Source of the DNA: Rhizophagus irregularis
Lineage: Eukaryota
NCBI RefSeq assembly: GCF_026210795.1
Contig: NC_089431.1
Span: 4,278,001-4,342,000, forward strand
DNA length: 64,000 nt
Reading direction: 5' to 3'
The notes below the pieces were generated by a model. The model worked only from the letters and a program-made list of their open reading frames with translations, searched no databases and had not been told where the DNA came from. Position numbers and translations under genes: made by a program. This document shows, piece by piece, positions 52,514-64,000 of this stretch. Numbering within the stretch: position 1 is the first letter of the stretch; every line of letters begins with the position of its first letter.

Positions 52514-52886
52514 ATGGTAACATGATAAGGTGAAGAATAATTGCCGTCTTAGGTCTTTTCGAGGAAGTTTTAATTAAAAGTAAAAAAAAAATGTTTTTTC
52601 CGTCTTATGATTAACATACATGTACAGATTGTACAGCATATAAAACTCTATTTGACTTGTACAAGTGAACACGTAGCACACACGCAGGGGATTGGTGTTA
52701 CTATTGATAGTTTTGAGTACCCTGGATTTTTTGAACTTCAATCGCTTCATAATAGGCCAACTACCTGGATGTACTACCCTGGATGTAAACACTACTTGCT
52801 AACCAGTCATGTATTACAAAAAATAAATAAAATATGGTTTCGGAAGTTTCGCCAAAAATTTAGTTTCGGTTTCCCCCGAAACACTA

Positions 52887-53263
52887 CAGTCAGACCTCTA
52901 TGTACCGATATCCTATATACCGATAATTGCCTGTACCGATAAATTTTCTACACCGCTCTACAAGCAAAACTGCCATATTGTATGTCCTGTTTCACAATTA
53001 ATAAAAAAACCTCATTGTACCGATATTATATAGTTGATGTGATACTTTAGGTTACACTGGTATTAATTCTGGCCAACACTATAAATTTGGCCGGAGTTAA
53101 CGTAAAGGTTCCATCCAAATCACATGAAATTTTAATATATTAGTTTGCATAATGCTGGTCTTGGCCCGCATTATGATTACTAATAATCTGTATATGTAAC
53201 GATAATTTGATATATTCCCCAAAACAATAGTATCGGTACAGACGGTACATAGAGGTCCGACTG
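52887..53263. mobile_element. pogo/Tc1-type MITE, 377 bp
   Basis: TIR cagtc(a/g)gacctctatgtaccg (20/21), TA on both flanks. Confidence 0.88.
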
Positions 53264-54909
53264 TATTATATATTGTGCAGATTATTGCAAGATTTCGAAA
53301 GTAATTTCAAAGGTCTTTCTTTTTTCTTTAGTTGGCTAACGTTTATTTGCTCTTTTTTTTTTGTAGGCTAGCAAGTTCCGGTCTCCCATTCCAAAGGTAT
53401 AACCTTCGAAAAAATAATTTTTTATTAATATTATTTAATGAACGTTAGTTCTTATTTTTGTAGGTCCAGAATGTCAAAGGTACGCTTAATACGGACTCAA
53501 TTTTGAAAAAAAAAATTTGACTTATTATTATTAAATTTGTTATTTTTTATTTTTTTTTAAAAAAAAAATTGATTTTTTCTTAGTAACGCATTTCTTTATT
53601 AATTTAATTAATAAATCACAATTACAAATTAAATAGAAATACCTAAAATAATGAACTCATAGAGTATATTATCTTTACAACTAAAAATCTATCTTCTATT
53701 TACACAATGAAATTCGGTAAACCGAATCTACCGGTTCCACTAAAAATATCTGGTTTATGGTATAGTGAAAAAATTTCGATATATTGAAAATCTATTATAC
53801 AGAATTTTTAAAAAAATTTTCATGCTAGTAAAACTAATATATACTATATTTTAATTGTTCATCATAGTTTTAAGTCATAGAGGTCATGAAAATGAATATA
53901 AAATATATAAGTAATATATAACTTCAGCCGGAATTAAGATTTTTGTAATTCCGGCCAAAATTAAGATTTACTTAAATTTTATTGGTTAATGATCACGTGG
54001 TCCGGGTTATCGAATCATTTTTACCTATAGCTGATTAGAAAATTGAATATCGAGCTTTTATTAGTAAACTCTGGTAACTGAAACTATTTTAATATACGTG
54101 ATTTGGTTCCAGCAAAAAAGTCCGGTTTAGGCCCAAATCCGGTTTATCGAAGATCCGGTTTATTGATCTAAAGAAATATTGGCCATATTGTTAGCGTTAC
54201 TTGCTTTTCTATTTCATGTAATTTTTTTTTATAATCATTGTTTTGTTATTATTATAACTTTCATCCTCACCATTCCCTTCCTTTTTCGTTAAGTCTATGC
54301 TCTTTTTCTATTTCTATAACTTTGATCAATCCAAATTTTGTCTTTAATACTATCAAAACATCTCAATAACCATGTCAAACTTTAGATCTGCCAATGAATA
54401 TTTTTGATTACTCTCTGATTAGCATGATAAAATCAATCTCAAACATTTAATTTTATCATGAAGACCTTGTGCAAGTAATGCCTCTTCATATGTTACTAAA
54501 TTATTTTCAAATTTTACTTTATTATTTTTTTTAAAAAACGTAAGATATATATTATATAAAACGATAAGCTGTCACAATTTTCATTTCCTATTTTTAAGAC
54601 AATAGAGCTTGACATTGAATCAGCAAATATTATTTAATATTTATTTGGAATTTTATTTACATATTGAAGTGTTTTTGAAACATTATTTTACATTTTGATA
54701 AAATTTTCCTGGTACTGCCTATAGTACCCAAAGTTAGTACCCCACGCCGGGTATTTTACTAGATATAAAATTTTTACTCTCAATTAGCACTCCCTTAATT
54801 CTGGTAGCTTCCACGGCCTGGCCACGGGTATTATATAATTTTTAAATCAGGTATTTTGTATAATACCCGGGTATTATGTGCAGTGCGGTACGGTATATAA
54901 AACCTTATA

Positions 54910-55106
54910 CAGTGACACCTCTCTAAGTGCACCCCCCTTGGGACCATAGTAAAAAAATAGTAGAATGTGCACTTAGAGAGGGTGTGCATTTATAGAGAGT
55001 AAAATATTAAGAGCTCTTATAAGTTGGGATCAGGTCCACCGTGCACTTAAAGAGAATTTATATAGTGCGTGCACTTATAGAGGGTGCACTTATAGAGGTG
55101 TCACTG
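54910..55106. mobile_element. pogo/Tc1-type MITE, 197 bp
   Basis: TIR cagtgacacctct(c/a)taagtgcaccc (24/25), TA flanks, internal gtgcactta repeats. Confidence 0.9.
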
Positions 55107-56896
55107 TAGAAGTCAAGAATCATTGAGAAAAAAATTCGACTACGGTTCTTTTAAAAAAAATGAAAATTGAATTTTTAAAAAATTAAACTTTCATTATCCT
55201 ATTCATTGCAAAATTATTCCAATTATTTTTACTTCATTTCTTTATATATTTTCCATGCCTGATTAATCAGGTCTTCTTTAAAAATTCAATTATTTCTTTT
55301 CTTTCATCTTCAGAAATTATTAAGTTTTCTTACAAACATAATACAGTCAGACCTCCATATAATCACCTAATTGGTTCAGAATCGATTATATTAGAAATTT
55401 TTAAATTTATCACTGACATATTAAAGTTCTGGCCGAATATAGTGCTGGTTGGAATTGCAAATTTCCTAATAAGGAAATTACGATTTATGAAACATTATTT
55501 ATCCGAAATCATGTGATTTTGTCATTTTAGCCAAAAATTAATATACAGCCAAAATTATGTGATTGAGTGAGGTTTTATTATTAATGTGATTTGTGATTGT
55601 GAGGAGGTAATTTTATATAAAAAAAACCAAATGCTGGAGGAGGGCTTCCTAATAATGTTATAATTGCACCTGATATTAAGATTGGATTGGTAAGCAACTT
55701 TACAGGCTTAGGTACTTCTATACTACGATTGAACACGAAAAATAATAAAACTATAGTAAAATTTTGGAAAAACCAATTAGCTCATTTTGGTCAACTTACA
55801 CAAGTAAGGGAATATGACAGTGAATTCGCAATAAAAATTAATAAAATTGTAAGGTCGCTGAGATTATAAATGACCAGCAATTTATTCGTGGATTAAATCC
55901 CATGAACTAGTATAATCTTCGGATGATGGCAAATACAATGACACACTGGATAATATTGAAAAAGCATTAGCTGAAGCAGAGAAATGCTTGAATATGTAAG
56001 AAAATATAACCCCTATCCACAACCACCTAAATTATCTTATAAATAGCCAAAAACTTATACGGAAGATGATCATATTAGTCGAATTGTAGAAAAACGTATT
56101 TCATCAAGACAAAAGAAACCAGTTATAAGTAGCGGTGAGGCTTTTTTGGCATTAGAAATTATTGCAGAACGTTTAGGTTATCCCAATAGTTCACCAAGGG
56201 ATGTGAACTCTTTAAGTTTATCGAACAAGAAATCGAAAAATTAGGTCATGAGACATTTATACGAGTATTACAAAAGAAACTATATAGAAGGACATATTCC
56301 ACTAAAAAAGCTAGTAAAAAGACAAGTAAAACAAAACGCCACTGTTCAGGTCTTCTATTAGCACAAACTTATGATTCTTCAAATGAGGAAAGTATAACTG
56401 AAGGAAGTGAGACATAAGAATCAAATTCTGATTCAGATAGTAAAGTTGTTATTTGGGCTCACGCGATGTTGACAGCGAAACAGAATATGAGACAGACTGT
56501 GAGACAGAGACATCTTCTAATAGCGAGGATAATGAACCTTACAGATGCAATAAAGTTAAAAAAAAAGAGCGTGAAAAAGAATGGTAAGGAGGTTAAAGAA
56601 GTAACAAAAAAGAAATCTACCAAGAAAAAAACTGAGCAAGGCTCACGAAGTAAAACCAAAGACAATGGAGTTAAGAATAACAACGGAGTTAAGAATGGTA
56701 ACGGAGTAGTTATTTCTCGAAACCAAAAAAGGATATTAACGTTAAGATATATTTCGAGATCATTAGTCGCACAATATCCTAAGAAATTGTGCAAGAAATT
56801 TTCCTCCATCTCAACAAAGAATATATTAGCACAAAAGACATGCTTTTAGAGCAATATATCCTAAACTACTTTCCTGAAGAGAAAGAAAAGATATGG

Positions 56897-57102
56897 AGGA
56901 CCCAGAAATATATATAAAAGGGTCAGGTTAAATCATGAAAATCTTTCCTTTTTTAGATAATTTTTGATAATTCCAGTCAGAATTTTATTTCCTATTATAG
57001 TAACTGACTGACATTATCGTAATTCTGGCCCTGAAAAAAGGCGTACAGCTCGTAGTAAAAATTTTTTTCATCACCTGACCCCTATATATATTTCTGGGTC
57101 CT
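56897..57102. mobile_element. MITE, 206 bp, probable 8-bp TSD
   Basis: TIR aggacccagaaatatatata / tatatatatttctgggtcct. Flanks agatatgg / agatatag (7/8). Confidence 0.78.
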
Positions 57103-57443
57103 AGATATAGAAACAAGTCACAGAAGTATATGATATTTTGTTTATTTGTTATCAATTACAGGTCAATTACCAGAAAATACGCATGCTGTTGATCTAGTAT
57201 TTGGTGGGGACGCCAGATACAAACGGCAACCTATAGGATTGAGACAGAATAATCTAGCACTAAATCACGCAATCAAGGCATATCAAAAGGCACAATCGTC
57301 AAATTATAAAGGATCAGGAGATTCCCAATTGCATAAGACACAATTATGTAAAGTTCAGTCATATGCTATCCTAAGGCTCCAAATGATGTGGCTTCGATTT
57401 GTTGCAAAATAGACACAGAAATTATCTTATATGCGGTGATTGA

Positions 57444-57677
57444 TGAGTGATACGAATAGTAGTAGAATATGGTGGAAGTGTTGAGTAGAGTATAACGTGG
57501 ATGGGACATTATACTCAAGTGATAAATAAACACCTCGGCCCAAGCTCAGCCCAGCAGTTTGGCCGGGTGTCTATTCATCACTTGAGTATGGTTCACACCC
57601 TTTATGTTACACACCGCTAAATATCACAATACTTTACTCAACACACTGGCATTACTCTACTACTTTTCGTCTTATCT
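57444..57677. mobile_element. Foldback (hairpin) element inserted at the protease active-site codons
   Basis: Nested inverted repeats (agtagtaga/ctactact, gtgttgagta/tactcaacac, atactcaagtgat/atcacttgagtat). gtgattga duplicated at 57436-43 and 57678-85. Exact ends ambiguous. Confidence 0.72.
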
Positions 57678-57805
57678 GTGATTGACACAGGATCAGATTC
57701 TTCAATCATTTCACAGAATATTTCCAAGAAGCGATAGATAAAAATGGCTCTCATAAAATAACAGGTATTGCTAGTTTGGCGAAAACCGTAGGGACAATCT
57801 ATGAC

Positions 57806-58180
57806 TAGGGATGTCAAAAGTTCAGTTATAACCGATTATAACCGGGTTTTACCGATTTGGTTACGGTTTGGTTTCAGTGATTTTGGTGTTTATATATATA
57901 TATATATAGTATTCTTATTTTTGAAATAATAAGAAAATTTATCTTTTATACGTTGATCACATGATTTTTCATTCCGCTGAAAAAATTCGCAAAATTGACA
58001 TTATTATTGTAAAAAAATTAAAACTTTAAGGAATATTATCAAATAAAATTATAATTAACACTTTCTAGCATTAGTTCATTCAATTTGCAGCAATTCGGTT
58101 TTATCGGTCAGTTTTGCAGTCAGTTCAGTTTCAGCTGAAAACCACGGTTTTAAAACCGAAACTGACCGTTGGCATCCCTA
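57806..58180. mobile_element. hAT-type MITE
   Basis: tagggatgtcaa / ttggcatcccta termini. tctatgac at 57798-805 and 58186-93, the latter after a 5-bp filler. Confidence 0.82.
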
Positions 58181-58771
58181 TCTTATCTATGACCTACCTA
58201 TAACTATTGGCCAAGGGAAAACGAAATACATTTAGAGATGGTTTTCTGGTTGTTAAAACAGAAAAGGATAAGAACGGAAAAGACAAATCATTATTAATAT
58301 TGGGCGTACCTTGGCAACATCAGGCTGGATGGGAACCTATAATGAAGGGCGAGTTCACAGTAAATTATAATGGCAAGATCATAATTATCCTTTTTTTGAT
58401 TTACCAAGTCCAAAGAGAAGTGATTACTATGGAGAATAAGTTTCGTAAGCAAAATTTAAAAAAATGCTTAGAATGTTCTGAGCAGAGCTTAAAGTACTTG
58501 AAATGCAACTTAAACTAGCTCTTGAATATGGTCTAATTATTGCTAAAGAAATGTGACTTATTTCAGCAGAGCAGGGCTATTTCTAGGCCAAACCCAAAAG
58601 AAAATGCCTCGCAACAATAAATTAGTTAAACTAAGAAGTTCCTCCGGAAAGCACTCTTCAGACAATGAAAGTTGCTTTAATAGCATCTTTATGTAATTTT
58701 TCTAATTCATTATTGTAGGAACTGAACGATTATCTTCCAAAGTATATTTTTTTCGAATTCTGTGTCAGTTT

Positions 58772-59181
58772 TAGGGATGGCAACGGTCACGGTCATTAAC
58801 CGGTTATGACCGGTCCGTGACCGATATCGGTCGGTCAAAGACCTCTGACAAACCGTTTGACCGACCGGTCTGACCGACCGGTTAGCCGACCGTTTGACCG
58901 ACAATCCTGAAAACATTTGTGAAACGTAATTTAATAAAAAAAATGTTTCGCAAACGTTTTTTTAATTATTTTAATAGAAAACGTTGCGAAAACGTTTTTT
59001 ATTAAGTATTTCAATTAAATTACGTTTCGCAAACGTTTTCAGGATCGGTTAACCAGTCGGTCAAACAGTCGGTTAACCGGTCGGTCAGACCGGTCGGTCA
59101 AACGGTCGGTCGGTCGGTCAAAGGTTCTTGACCGGTTATGACCGACCGATGACCGACCATGACCGACCGTTGCCATCCCTA
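58772..59181. mobile_element. hAT-type MITE, 410 bp
   Basis: TIR tagggatggcaacggtc / gaccgttgccatcccta. Perfect 8-bp TSD gtcagttt. Dense gaccg/cggtc subterminal repeats. Confidence 0.94.
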
Positions 59182-60734
59182 GTCAGTTTCAATATCACTT
59201 CGCAAATTGTTCCATCTATCTCACTCATAGACAGTGCTATATTTTTTCGGTTCTATAGTACTATCATTTGCTTGACTAGGAACAAAAGTAATAAATAAAT
59301 CGTAGAGAGTAATAATTATTACTTCCCTTGCGGAGATAATATCTCTGATTGTTGTTTTCAAACATACAGTAGCAATAGACTTTTCCGCAGATGTAAGAGT
59401 TTTTCTTGTCTCCTGAATAAGCTTCTTAGAAAAAGTGATTTTTTTGTCTTTCTCTTCTATGGATTTGCTTATGGAGGCTTCATGAGGTGCAATGCGTTAC
59501 ATTTTGTTATTATATTGATCCTCCAATTTTTTCTTTAATGAACGTAAGTCATCTACAAATTTTTTATGTTCATCTTGAAAACGTTTGAGATTCAGCACTA
59601 AGAAACTTGATTGGTTATTGTTTTCTGAATTTCTAATTTTGCTTGTTCCAATTTCTCCACATATTTTTTTTCATGTTGATGCAACAGATTTTCATGGTCA
59701 GTTATATCTTTTTCTCGTTCAGGAAAAGATTGTTCGAATAAAACTAACCTGTTAAAAGTATCAATCCATACCTGGGTCGTATTAGCTGTTGTTTTCAGTC
59801 GCTGACGATCCTTTTTCTTTTTCTTTGCGTAATTAGCTACCCCCGATTCAACAATTCTTCCACTTCAAGACGAATACCACTCGCCTCTTCTATCGTTAGC
59901 GGATACAGTATTTCCGAGTTGTGAGACGTCGCCATATATCATTTTTAATAGAACATGGAAGCTGATTAAGTTGTGTTGCGTAGTATGTGTGGAAAGATGG
60001 AAATAACAAGTTACTCATTTATCTAAAGAGTACTCAACAGCAGACACATGAAAAAAAAATCTTAGAATTCAGAGAACTATATGTATTCCTAGAATCAAGG
60101 AATTCTATAAATTCGGTAATGATAAAAAATATGAGTTTATCAATTTATTAGATTTTATTACGTTCACAAGAAAAAAAAAAGCAGAAATGATAGGAATTCG
60201 TGTAATTCAATGAATTTGTGGAAATAAAAAATAAACTAAATATGTGGATAAGAACGTGTAGACTAATGGGAGCCCATTATTTAGTTCAAAGCGTGGGACA
60301 TATGCTGGAGATCACAATTTTCATATTTAAGAGTATGACCATGAATTTTTGATTTGATTTTGTATAGAGGTAAAATTGCTTAAATTTTATTAGTTTCGAT
60401 AAATTATGTACAAAGCGGATAAAAGGATCATTAACCAGTGCCTCACCTTATACTGTATATGTCTTGAATGGAACATGATTTCGTCACGGAAATCGACCAA
60501 CGTTTACTCTACATTAATAAGGTCAAACACCATTCAAAGATCACCAATCATCTTGACAAGATATTTCTGAAGAATTGTACTGTACATATCAAGTTCTGTA
60601 CGAAAAATAATAACATACATGTCGCACACTCGCTACGTCACATGACAAAATATACAGCAAAGTAAAAACGAGTCTTTACTTTATTATTTGTATAAAAAAA
60701 AATTATATATACTGCGTTATGATAATAAAAAATA

Positions 60735-61552
60735 TTATAATTCTTTAGGGTTTGTTAGAAATATTAATAAAGAATACGTTAAGAAAATGTGCATAGGAAT
60801 CATGATTAAAAAATATGCTAAATCCCTAAACCACCTTCCTTCTATATGTCTTAACATCGAGTAATGATTATGTGGCAAGATCATAGTGTACATATATAGT
60901 TCCTTAGGTACGATATTAAATGCGCCAATATTCGATCCAGTTAGCTCCATTCGACCACTTGTTTTATTAAATTTAAACACTCTAATTATTTCAATAACGT
61001 CACGGCCGATTACTTTATTAAGAATATCATCCTTTTGTAGATCTAGGAGCATTTGATTCGTGTACCCTGTTAATGTTGAGAACGTTGTTTGGTCCAGAGC
61101 CTTGATTACAATGTTCACTTTTCTTACAAACGGCAATTTTGGTTCCTTCATTGGAAGGAGTTGCATTGCTTGTTTTCCCGACTTTATGATTTGTCTTCCT
61201 GGAATTTCCGTTAGGGCGAATTTCATTTATGTATTCTCTTTTTCCGTTAACATGTCGTCGGGTTCCTTAAAAAAGAATTTTATAAGTATGGCTAACCAAA
61301 CATACACATGAAAATGATAGTAGATAGACTTACCAGTTGATCTTGTTTGAGAAGATCCATTATGTTCGAGATTCAGATTCATAAGTATTTCGTCGTGCTC
61401 TTCATACGGACATCCGGCCTCAACCCACTTATCATATTCCGTCCAATTCACGTAACTCTTAAAATTCTCACTTGCTTCTTTAAAATCTTCTTCGGTAAAT
61501 TGAGGAAAAAGAGACCGTGGAAATTGAGACTCTGACATATTTAAGAGTTTAA
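60735..61552 (-). pseudogene. Hypothetical protein, probably disrupted
   Basis: Two adjacent protein-like ORFs, a plausible GT-AG intron (61333-61266) and a C-terminal hydrophobic segment. The frames join only through a stop or frameshift. No family recognised. Confidence 0.4.
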
Positions 61553-62343
61553 GTAGTGATGTGATGTCATTTTGATGGGTTTTAACAGAATTTAATGTAA
61601 CACGACTCAAGTGCAATTATTCTGATTTGTAATGAATCGATCTCACATGACCAGGAACCTGTAAATATTATTTCGATTTGAAGTGAAGATTTGACTAAAA
61701 ATTTCGATTTATTTCGATTTTGGCATGTAATGAGTAATCGTGTATATATTGGTATCCAATATATATTAATAGTATATAGATATTATAATTTATCTCAGCG
61801 ACTTGGTTTTTTTGAGTGGGTGAAATCATATACAGGTTATGCGATCGGCGGTGAAAATTATTAACTAATTGGAAATGATATTATAATATGAAAGCAGATG
61901 AGTGAGAGGGCGGGATGCCAGTGGCAACACTGCAAAAAGGGGCTTTCATTTTTTTTATATCAAAGTCACACAATAGATATGTAGTCCCCGCAGATCATAT
62001 GATATGTAGTCATATAAGCGGAAAAAATTATGGAGTCAAAAATGAGAACTCCCCGCAGCGCAGGAGAGGAGTAATCATGTGATATGTAATCATATAAGCA
62101 AAAAAATTTTTGCTTCAAAACGCCCACTTTTCTACTACTTTGAGAATTTTTTACTATAATATTATTGTTTATTTTCATTCATTCAATAAAAGAAATAAAA
62201 AGTTTCGGTTTAAAATGAACAGGAACAAACTATAAGTAAGTCTAAAGTAATTCAAATCAAAACGTAAACAAAACCGCCACAACGACAGCGCCACCCTGGT
62301 GTGTATAAAGGCTAAGAGGAGAGAAAAAATAAAAAAAAAAGAA

Positions 62344-62715
62344 CTAAATAGGACGAATTAATCTATTAATATGAGAGAAATCATGAAAATAAATGGAAAC
62401 ATCTATGCTATTAAAGAGAAGAGTATCTCTATGAGATTGCCAAGGTCCTGAATGGAGAAAATTACAAGAGGTCCATCTAATATACGCAGATTCATCTATT
62501 CTTGCGTTAGGTTTTAAGTACGGGATACCATGGAAAGCGTTTTTATATTTGTAAAGTTTAAATATTTCCTCCCATGTATCACATGTTCTATCTCTATCAC
62601 ATGAAGAAGACACGTGCCGAAACGTTTTTTCGTATAGATGGATTATGTTATGTCCCACCATGATATCAGATTTTTGTAAGCAAAAAAAAAAAGTTTTTTG
62701 GGGCTGTGTATCCAT
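62344..62715 (-). CDS. Hypothetical 123-aa protein
   Basis: ATG-initiated ORF of moderate GC content; no recognisable domain. Confidence 0.3.
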   Translation of the reverse strand: MDTQPQKTFFFCLQKSDIMVGHNIIHLYEKTFRHVSSSCDRDRTCDTWEEIFKLYKYKNAFHGIPYLKPNARIDESAYIRWTSCNFLHSGPWQSHRDTLLFNSIDVSIYFHDFSHINRLIRPI

Positions 62716-63344
62716 TATTAATCTTGATTTACAAATTCACTTAACTAGATACAGTAAGTGTCAATAATTTTAATCGTCGAGAAAAAAAAATTTTTTTGTT
62801 CACTACATAAGAAAATTGCAATAATAAAAAAAATAATTATTAATGTAAGTAGGTGAAGATTTTTCTTGGAAAAAAAAAAAAATTCGAAAATTCTTCGTGG
62901 TTTGTATGTACTGAATTGAATATTTGCTTAAAAGTGTGTGTGAAACATTTTTTTGATCAACCCCAAAAAACTGGAATAAACTAACCTTTCATGACAAGAT
63001 AATTCCTTGGCAGTTTATTATAAATTCACATCCGTTTAATATATTCAATACAAGTTTATTTAAATGATGGTGGATTTTTTTTTAAAAAAAAAGAAAAAAA
63101 ACCACTTTACGTTGTGCAATAACACAAAAAAAAAGAGATTATTTCACTTATCGGAAATATGTTACCCCATATAGTAAATTAACAAAGGTTTTACCGAATT
63201 AAACTATGTTGATCCCAATTAACGGATTTTAATAAGGTTTTAAAAATTTTGTCGCACAAAGTTGATACAAAAATTTTATTATTAATAATCGACCGTGATC
63301 GTGGATTAAAAAATTTTCTTTCAACTATTATAATAGTTAAAATC

Positions 63345-63960
63345 ATGTCGGAAATAACTTGTCATGATATTCCTCCAGTTAAAAGTGATTATGAACCTAT
63401 TGGAAATACAGTGAAAGTTGCCGATTTTGATGTTTATGTTTCAATACCAGAAAATAAATCGAAACCTTTCAAAAAAGCAATCATTGTTTCTTACGATATT
63501 TACGGATTTCATCCAAATCTAAAACAATATTGTGATATTTTAGCGAAAGCTGGGTTTCTTGCTTTACTTCCAGATTATTTTCGTGGACAAACAAGTGAAT
63601 CTTTTGAAGGAGGGTAAATATATAATATTTCTATTTAATTTTTTTTTATAATTTAATACAACTTTTAAAATGTGTAGACTTCAAGGTATAATCAAGTTTC
63701 TCAAGGAGAATTATCCAACGGAAAAAAACGTAGAGGATACTTTAAAAGTTATTGAATATTTTCGTTCAGAATATGGTGTTGAAAATTTTGGATTTACAGG
63801 ATTTTGTTGGGGTGGAATTCTTGGTTCAGTTCTTTGTTCAATTAAAGATTTTGATGCTTGTGTTTTAATCCATTATGCTCCTGGAATTCAACCACCAGAA
63901 AAATTTGAAAAATCTCAATGTCCTATTGCATTCTTACCTGCAGCCGGAGATGTTGATAGC
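63345..63960 (+). CDS. Dienelactone hydrolase-family alpha/beta hydrolase (3'-partial)
   Basis: YDIYG, PDYF, nucleophile elbow GFCWGG. Exons 63345-63613 and 63678-63960; the next intron starts gtgagt at 63961 and the gene runs off the window. Confidence 0.9.
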
Positions 63961-64000
63961 GTGAGTTTAATAAATAATCTCATTTTAATTTTTTATTTTG

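Larger units (their letters stand above)
55640..58520 (+). pseudogene. Decayed LTR-retrotransposon-like gag/aspartyl protease relic
   Basis: QFIRGLNP (gag-like, about 55878), VIDTGSDSSIIS (retropepsin DTG, about 57678), GTIYDLPITIG and LILGVPW. Many stops, three insertions. No RT or LTR recognised. Confidence 0.62.

Overview
Very AT-rich, intron-containing eukaryotic DNA. Its gene families (tyrosine-kinase-like kinase, BTB-BACK-TLDc pseudogenes, membrane AAA ATPase, EDIPQ membrane protein) point by inference to an arbuscular mycorrhizal fungus such as Rhizophagus. Transposons dominate the window. The main structure is a ~12.8-kb DNA transposon (10938-23759) that splits a kinase gene: the halves rejoin in frame as ...NNPGAIYR|SRPLSGMI.... 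It has short imperfect TIRs and a 2-bp TT duplication, and carries an intron-containing CACTA/CMC (Plavaka-like) transposase, a divergent RG-repeat accessory gene, an internal repeat array and a nested, apparently intact DD32D pogo element. Other elements: a full-length 8.0-kb LINE with a 15-bp TSD; a 2.27-kb RT-less retroposed unit with a 14-bp TSD at a telomere-like site; a decayed gag/aspartyl-protease relic hit by three small foldback elements; several MITE families; and a ~0.9-kb duplication. Apparently intact host genes are a membrane AAA ATPase, a multi-pass membrane protein, an astacin metalloprotease without an evident signal peptide, and a dienelactone hydrolase cut off at the window edge. 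No rRNA, tRNA or CRISPR array was recognised. Everything was read by eye; no database searches were run.
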